64,000 bases of DNA from positions 70,202-134,201 of the forward strand of contig PWHR01000020.1 of assembly GCA_003554965.1 (NCBI GenBank), written 5' to 3'. Under the pieces are notes generated by a model. It did not search any database. It was given only the letters and a program-made list of their open reading frames with translations, and was not told where the DNA came from. Below, piece by piece: positions 59,132 to 64,000 of the stretch. The position numbers and the translations under genes are program-made. Each line of letters starts with the position of its first letter. Within the stretch, counting starts at the first letter, position 1. This DNA is from Thermoplasmata archaeon (GTDB lineage Archaea; Thermoplasmatota; Thermoplasmata; Halarchaeoplasmatales; Halarchaeoplasmataceae).

Positions 59132-60331
59132 ATGTCAGATTTCCATCTATCTAACGAAGAAGATATCAAATCAGGAAAAATTACAGACATATACTTCAAA
59201 AACACCATGAAGATTTTCGAGGAAAAAGGTGTGGGAGAAGAAGAAGTTGTTGCTGAATTCACTGTCTCTTCGTTTCCCTCGGATTGGAGATGGGGTGTTC
59301 TTTGTGGTTTGGACGAATTCCTATATCTTCTAGAAGGGAAAGATGTTGATGTTTATTCTATGCCTGAAGGTTCAATCTTCCGCACGAAAGGTCGTAATGG
59401 TGTCTTCACTCCTGTTATCTTCATAGAAGGACCTTACAAGGAATTCTGCATACATGAAACAGCTCTACTCGGTTTTATCTGCTATCCCTCCGGAGTAGCC
59501 ACCAAATCAGCTAGAGTGGCCAAAGTTTCGGGAGATTCGTTGGTCATCTCATTCGGTATACGGAGGATGCATCCAGGTATAGCCCCCGTCATCGATAGGG
59601 CCGCTTACATAGGTGGTTGCGATGGAGTTTCCAGTATAGCAGGAGCTGAGGAGATAGGCGTCGAACCACAGGGGACGATGCCGCACGCATTGACCATCAT
59701 GTTCGGTGATCCAAAGGAGGCTTTCAAGGCTTTCGATGAAGCTTTACCTGAGGATGTGAAAAGGATCGCACTCGTTGACACCTACCACGATGAGAAGATG
59801 GAATCCGTTATGGCCGCCGAGGCCATGGGTGAAAACCTTTTCGGAGTCCGGTTGGATACGCCCTCTTCTAGGAGAGGAGACCTGGCAGAGATCGCGGAAG
59901 AAGTTAAGTGGGAATTGGAGCAAAGAGGTGTGGAGTGCACCATAATCGCTTCTGGAGGTATGGATGAGTACAGTATTCCAAAGCTTAAAGAAGCTGGGGC
60001 GGATGCTTTCGGAGTCGGAACTTCTATTTCCAACGCTAGAACGCTGAATTACGCCATGGACATAGTCGAAAAGGAAGGTGAACCCGTTGCAAAAAGGGGC
60101 AAATACAGCGGTAAAAAACAAGTATATCGCTGTCCAGAGTGTTTCATATTTGATATGAAGGCTTGGGATCAAAAAGAAAAACCAATCTGTGACTGCGGCG
60201 CCGAGATGGAACCGATGCTGGAAAAGGTGATGGATAACGGTGAGATCATAATCGACTATCCCTCACCTCAGAAAATCAGAGATAGTGTGATGGAACAGAT
60301 AGAAAAGATCGAAGTAGATTGGCTCGACTGA
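59132..60331 (+). CDS. pncB: Nicotinate phosphoribosyltransferase
   Basis: TDIYF, SFG.RR.HP, GTMPHA, LVDT, VRLDTPSSRRG, ASGG and FGVGT; C-terminal Zn ribbon. Confidence 0.92.
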   Translation: MSDFHLSNEEDIKSGKITDIYFKNTMKIFEEKGVGEEEVVAEFTVSSFPSDWRWGVLCGLDEFLYLLEGKDVDVYSMPEGSIFRTKGRNGVFTPVIFIEGPYKEFCIHETALLGFICYPSGVATKSARVAKVSGDSLVISFGIRRMHPGIAPVIDRAAYIGGCDGVSSIAGAEEIGVEPQGTMPHALTIMFGDPKEAFKAFDEALPEDVKRIALVDTYHDEKMESVMAAEAMGENLFGVRLDTPSSRRGDLAEIAEEVKWELEQRGVECTIIASGGMDEYSIPKLKEAGADAFGVGTSISNARTLNYAMDIVEKEGEPVAKRGKYSGKKQVYRCPECFIFDMKAWDQKEKPICDCGAEMEPMLEKVMDNGEIIIDYPSPQKIRDSVMEQIEKIEVDWLD

Positions 60332-60340
60332 AGATGAGCC

Positions 60341-60868
60341 CTAATACTCTTTAAACTCCTTTATGGCATTTTTTATGCTTTCTGTTTCTATCTCTTCCTC
60401 TACGATAAACTCAGAGAAATCTTTTTCTAGATAGTTCTCTTGATACTCCAAAGCCTGCAGTATCATCTCCGCTCTATCTATATCTCTCCCCACCCTGGCC
60501 TCTTCGCTCTCTCCTCTCTCAAATTCTTCCCAAAGACCGATAAGATCTTCTTTATCTTGTGATGATAATACCTTCAGTATAGATTCAAGCGCACTCTTTT
60601 CCATATCTCTTTTCACCGTTTCTCTTATCTTTTCTTCTGGAGTTATATCACCTGTTTCGATCTCCGGAAGGTCATGTATCAGAAGCATCATCATCAGTTT
60701 TCGTACATCTAGATCTAAATCCTTCCCGATAAGGGCCCCCATTAAGACACATCTGAAAGTGTGATCAGCTACTGATTCTGGATCATCGATCCCTACTCTC
60801 TTCCAACCCTCTCTATCGATCTCTTTCAACCGGGCTGCGGCTCTAAAAAGCTTGAAAAATTGCTTCAT
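60341..60868 (-). CDS. HD-domain 5'-deoxynucleotidase-like hydrolase
   Basis: LK...R.GW, ESVADH, HDLPE..TGDI and W.EFE motifs. Confidence 0.88.
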   Translation of the reverse strand: MKQFFKLFRAAARLKEIDREGWKRVGIDDPESVADHTFRCVLMGALIGKDLDLDVRKLMMMLLIHDLPEIETGDITPEEKIRETVKRDMEKSALESILKVLSSQDKEDLIGLWEEFERGESEEARVGRDIDRAEMILQALEYQENYLEKDFSEFIVEEEIETESIKNAIKEFKEY

Positions 60869-60888
60869 ATCTCAAAAACTTATGCTGG

Positions 60889-61461
60889 TTATTTATCGAT
60901 ATCGATGGACTCGCCGGGTTCTATCAACTTATTAGGTACGTTTTCTTCATCCATCTTCTTTTTTAGGCCTACTGCATCCTTTAAATCATCTTGAGGATCA
61001 TAATGGAAAGGCACCACTAGTTCTGGCTTCAATCTCTTGAAAGCTGATATGTAATCCCCGTAGTAATCTTCAAAACATGCAGTGAAGATAAGCTTCACTC
61101 CTTCGGGATCGGGGAAGTAGGCAGAATCACCGGAATGAAGAATTCCTCCGTAAAAAAAGCTCACAGATTCTTCTGAACCATAACAATCACATTCTAGAAC
61201 TTGGATACCGTCTATTTTATCCCCGGGTTTTACCTTCTCCCCTTCAACGTCGAATTTTCTCGAAGATGTCTTTGGGGCGTAAAGTTCAGCATCCTCACCG
61301 AAGGAACTATAGTTTTCCTCTTCAAAGTGATCGTCGTGTTCGTGAGTTAAAAGAACGATATCCGCTTCTTTTTCGGGTTCCACCGTGAAATTGGGATCGA
61401 TCAGTATGTGTTTTTCTCCAAATATTTCGACCGCTGCGTTGCCTAACCATCTCACTTTCAT
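60889..61461 (-). CDS. Metallo-beta-lactamase fold hydrolase
   Basis: IDP, THEHDDH, HSGD and PFHY motifs. Confidence 0.85.
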   Translation of the reverse strand: MKVRWLGNAAVEIFGEKHILIDPNFTVEPEKEADIVLLTHEHDDHFEEENYSSFGEDAELYAPKTSSRKFDVEGEKVKPGDKIDGIQVLECDCYGSEESVSFFYGGILHSGDSAYFPDPEGVKLIFTACFEDYYGDYISAFKRLKPELVVPFHYDPQDDLKDAVGLKKKMDEENVPNKLIEPGESIDIDK

Positions 61462-61580
61462 GTTATCCCTCTAAACATTAGTTTGATTGATATAAGAGGA
61501 TAAAAGATTTTTGCAAAACCGCCTTTTTTACCAAAAATATTTAGGTTATCGTAGCGTTCACTAAATTTGATAGTGATAGT

Positions 61581-62495
61581 ATGGACAAAGAGTATGAGGT
61601 CATCATAATAGGAGGAGGGCCTGCGGGACTTTCCGCCGCTATATACACTTCAAGGGCTGAATTGAAAACTCTGATTTTGGACGAACCTGACAAGCTGCTA
61701 GAAAAGGCGGAGAGCATCGATAACTATTTTGGATTCCCGGAAGGTATATCTGGAAAGGAACTCCTTGAAAGAGGAAGAAAGCAGGCGGAAAGATTTGGCA
61801 CAGAAGTTCTTGAAGAGAAAGCACTGCTGACCAAGATAGACCCTGAAGATAGAGGCTACGTAGTTGAAACTGCGGACAGCTCTTTCAATACCGAAGGACT
61901 GATAGTAGCTCCTGGTATACAACATGAAAAGCCACCTATAGAGGGGATAAAAGAGTTTGAAGGAAAGGGTGTAAGCTACTGTGTCGTCTGTGACGCTCCT
62001 CTCTTCAAAAATAAAAAAGTAGGCCTGGTAGGATCAAAAGATCTAGTTGGAAAAGAAGCTTTGGAATTGTACGAATATACCGAAGACATAAAAATTTATA
62101 CGAACGGGAGTGGGCTTGAGATACCTGAAAATCTACTAAAAAAGATAGAAGAAAAGGATATACCCATCGAAAGAGGAAAGATAGAAGAGATAATGGGTGA
62201 TGAACAATTCGAAGGACTGAAAGTAGACGGAAAAAAACAGGAGATGGATGGTCTCATGATCGCAGAAGGTAGCAGTGGTAGCCTTGATTTTGCTAGAAGT
62301 CTAGGTATAACTATCGATGATGGCGTTCTAAAAGTGGATGAAGATATGCATACGGGCTTACCAAAAGTTTACGCTGCAGGAGACTGTGTCGGAGGAGCTC
62401 GACAGATCAGTGCGGCAGTCGGAGAGGGTGCCAAGGCAGCATTGGGCCTTATCACCGAGATCAGAGAAGGGTCATACAAAGATTGGAGTGCGTAA
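61581..62495 (+). CDS. Thioredoxin reductase-like flavoprotein lacking canonical NADPH motifs
   Basis: GGGPAG.SAA, NYFGF, GKGVSYCVVCD and YAAGD motifs; GSKDLV and YTNG stand where GGGxxA and HRR are expected. Confidence 0.85.
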   Translation: MDKEYEVIIIGGGPAGLSAAIYTSRAELKTLILDEPDKLLEKAESIDNYFGFPEGISGKELLERGRKQAERFGTEVLEEKALLTKIDPEDRGYVVETADSSFNTEGLIVAPGIQHEKPPIEGIKEFEGKGVSYCVVCDAPLFKNKKVGLVGSKDLVGKEALELYEYTEDIKIYTNGSGLEIPENLLKKIEEKDIPIERGKIEEIMGDEQFEGLKVDGKKQEMDGLMIAEGSSGSLDFARSLGITIDDGVLKVDEDMHTGLPKVYAAGDCVGGARQISAAVGEGAKAALGLITEIREGSYKDWSA

Positions 62496-62547
62496 ATAGA
62501 TCATGGTGATGCCCGTTTTTCCTTACACTCGAGCAAAAGGAAATCTA

Positions 62548-64000
62548 TCAATCCCGTATAGTTTTTCTTTTCCATTTTCCGGTCAAAAAGTATAGATATG
62601 AAACACCTGCGGCAATTGGATTGCTAAGAGCCATACCGATCCATACTCCTAGAATTCCCATATCAAATCCAACATTCAATAATGGTAATGAAGGTAGAGC
62701 TAAAAGCGCTGAAAGAAAAAGCCGCAACCCCCATATCCTGAATATCTCGAGGATCATCGCAGGTACGGTATGGCCAGTACCTCTGTAGCTTGAATCGAAT
62801 ATCCGGAATATGCCGAAAAAGGCTATAGATATCGAATAAATAGCCAAGTACCTAGCTCCTTCTATTATAACTGGTACGTCATCAATAAAAGCCTCCATTA
62901 TACTCGTTCTAAAAATTATGATGATCGCAGCAATGGAGAACATTATGGCCGATGAAACTAAGATGGCTTTTTTGATCACGGTCTCAGCTCTTCTTGTTCT
63001 TCCGGCTCCGATATTTTGACCGACCATGGACATCGAAGCATCGGCAAAACCCCAGATAGCTATAGTAATGACGTGTAGTATCCTTCTACCTATACCATAG
63101 GCAGCTACAGGAGTTTCTCCAAATATTGCAACGAGTGAGAAAAGTATCGTGAAAGCAAGCGCGGTCATGACTCTAGCCACGGTTGCTGGAGCCCCTATAC
63201 TTACAATCTGTTTTAACCATCTGAGCTTGAGAAAAAGGTCTTTCAAAGATAGTTTTATTTCAACCTTATCATTGAAAAGAAGGTAGATTCCGACTAGTCC
63301 TGCCGTTACCCTTGAGATGGATGTAGCAGTGGCGGCGCCAGTTACACCCCATTCAGGAAAAAAGCCGATACCAAATATGAGTAAAGGATCAAGGACTAGA
63401 TTTACTCCTACGAATACCACTTTTATCAGTACTGGAGTCACCATGTCTCCCATACCCTTCAGTAAGAAGCGAAAGGCCGTGTAAGAATAAATAAAAGGCA
63501 TGCTAAGAAGAACAATCCTTAGATAGGATAGAGCGAACGGATATACATCAGTAGGTGTTTGTACCCATTTTAAAAACTGTGGAGCGAGTAGGAAACCAAC
63601 TATGGTAAAAACGACACTGATCATTATCAAGAAACCGAATACCTGACCAGCGGCTTCATTAGCTCTCTTTCTGTTTCCGGCGCCCATATGTTGGGCAACA
63701 AGAGCCACACCTGCTGTTGCGAGTCCCATACCTGCGGAAATAAAAACGAAAAGGATCGGCCAAGCCGCAGCAGGAGCCCCAACTTCTGTTTTTCCAAGCT
63801 GGCCAAGAAAAAAAGTGTCTACGATGTTGAAAGAGACATGTAGAGAACTCGAGACCATGACGGGTAATGCAAGGACCAATATCGTCTTGATTATAGGTCC
63901 ATATAAGATGTCTTCTCGTCGTTCCTCAGCAGGTTTTATGAATATTTTCTTTAATTTATTGTAGCTGACCGACGGTATTTTTCCACCTTTAGATATATTT
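62548..64000 (-). CDS. MATE family efflux transporter (frame open to the right window edge)
   Basis: LALP, VDTFFLG, AQ..GA, G.GD..TP, N..LDP.LIFG, G..GAA.AT and GQNIGAG motifs. The frame has no stop from 63879 to the edge. Confidence 0.92.
   Translation of the reverse strand, partial: NISKGGKIPSVSYNKLKKIFIKPAEERREDILYGPIIKTILVLALPVMVSSSLHVSFNIVDTFFLGQLGKTEVGAPAAAWPILFVFISAGMGLATAGVALVAQHMGAGNRKRANEAAGQVFGFLIMISVVFTIVGFLLAPQFLKWVQTPTDVYPFALSYLRIVLLSMPFIYSYTAFRFLLKGMGDMVTPVLIKVVFVGVNLVLDPLLIFGIGFFPEWGVTGAATATSISRVTAGLVGIYLLFNDKVEIKLSLKDLFLKLRWLKQIVSIGAPATVARVMTALAFTILFSLVAIFGETPVAAYGIGRRILHVITIAIWGFADASMSMVGQNIGAGRTRRAETVIKKAILVSSAIMFSIAAIIIIFRTSIMEAFIDDVPVIIEGARYLAIYSISIAFFGIFRIFDSSYRGTGHTVPAMILEIFRIWGLRLFLSALLALPSLPLLNVGFDMGILGVWIGMALSNPIAAGVSYLYFLTGKWKRKTIRD

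Noticed and set aside
336..62000. Many short ORFs antisense to or overlapping real genes (e.g. 1022-1462, 31076-31690, 39505-40074, 59744-60172)
   Set aside because: They are Ser/Phe/Ile-rich shadows of purine-rich coding strands, with no motifs or SD sites.
1..64000. CRISPR array, IS elements or rRNA
   Set aside because: No regularly spaced repeats, transposase motifs or rRNA-like stretches were seen; all intergenic gaps are under 400 bp.

Overview
Archaeal chromosomal window. Archaeal-type r-proteins, TATA boxes, GAGGTG Shine-Dalgarno sites and acidic proteins suggest a salt-adapted anaerobic Thermoplasmatota-like lineage (inference). Left arm (1-20.2 kb): trans-sulfuration genes with a divergent regulator, EndoQ-family nuclease, DUF1611 protein and dipeptide epimerase, a folate/C1 cluster (folC, purH, fhs, thyX), two PIN-domain modules, an unlisted 44-aa zinc-finger ORF, geranylgeranyl reductase and a radical SAM gene. 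Centre (20.3-34.0 kb): two divergent multi-subunit hydrogenase operons. The leftward one resembles a HydABC-SL/HoxEFUYH-type [NiFe] enzyme with electron-bifurcation signatures. The rightward one is a hybrid in which a group-3b [NiFe] small subunit and an [FeFe]-hydrogenase-like HydA appear reciprocally split and fused across two genes; its H-cluster domain is degenerate, and it also encodes a NuoF-GltD fusion and a group-3b large subunit. This is the standout system. Right arm: the S10/spc r-protein superoperon with a strongly structured 5' leader and two distal genes that seem to use non-canonical starts, tRNA-Ser(GGA), a nurA-herA pair beside an orphan PD-(D/E)XK-like gene, amino-acid catabolism genes, an atypical thioredoxin reductase and a MATE transporter. 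No CRISPR array, rRNA or transposase was seen. All calls come from motif recognition; no database searches were run.
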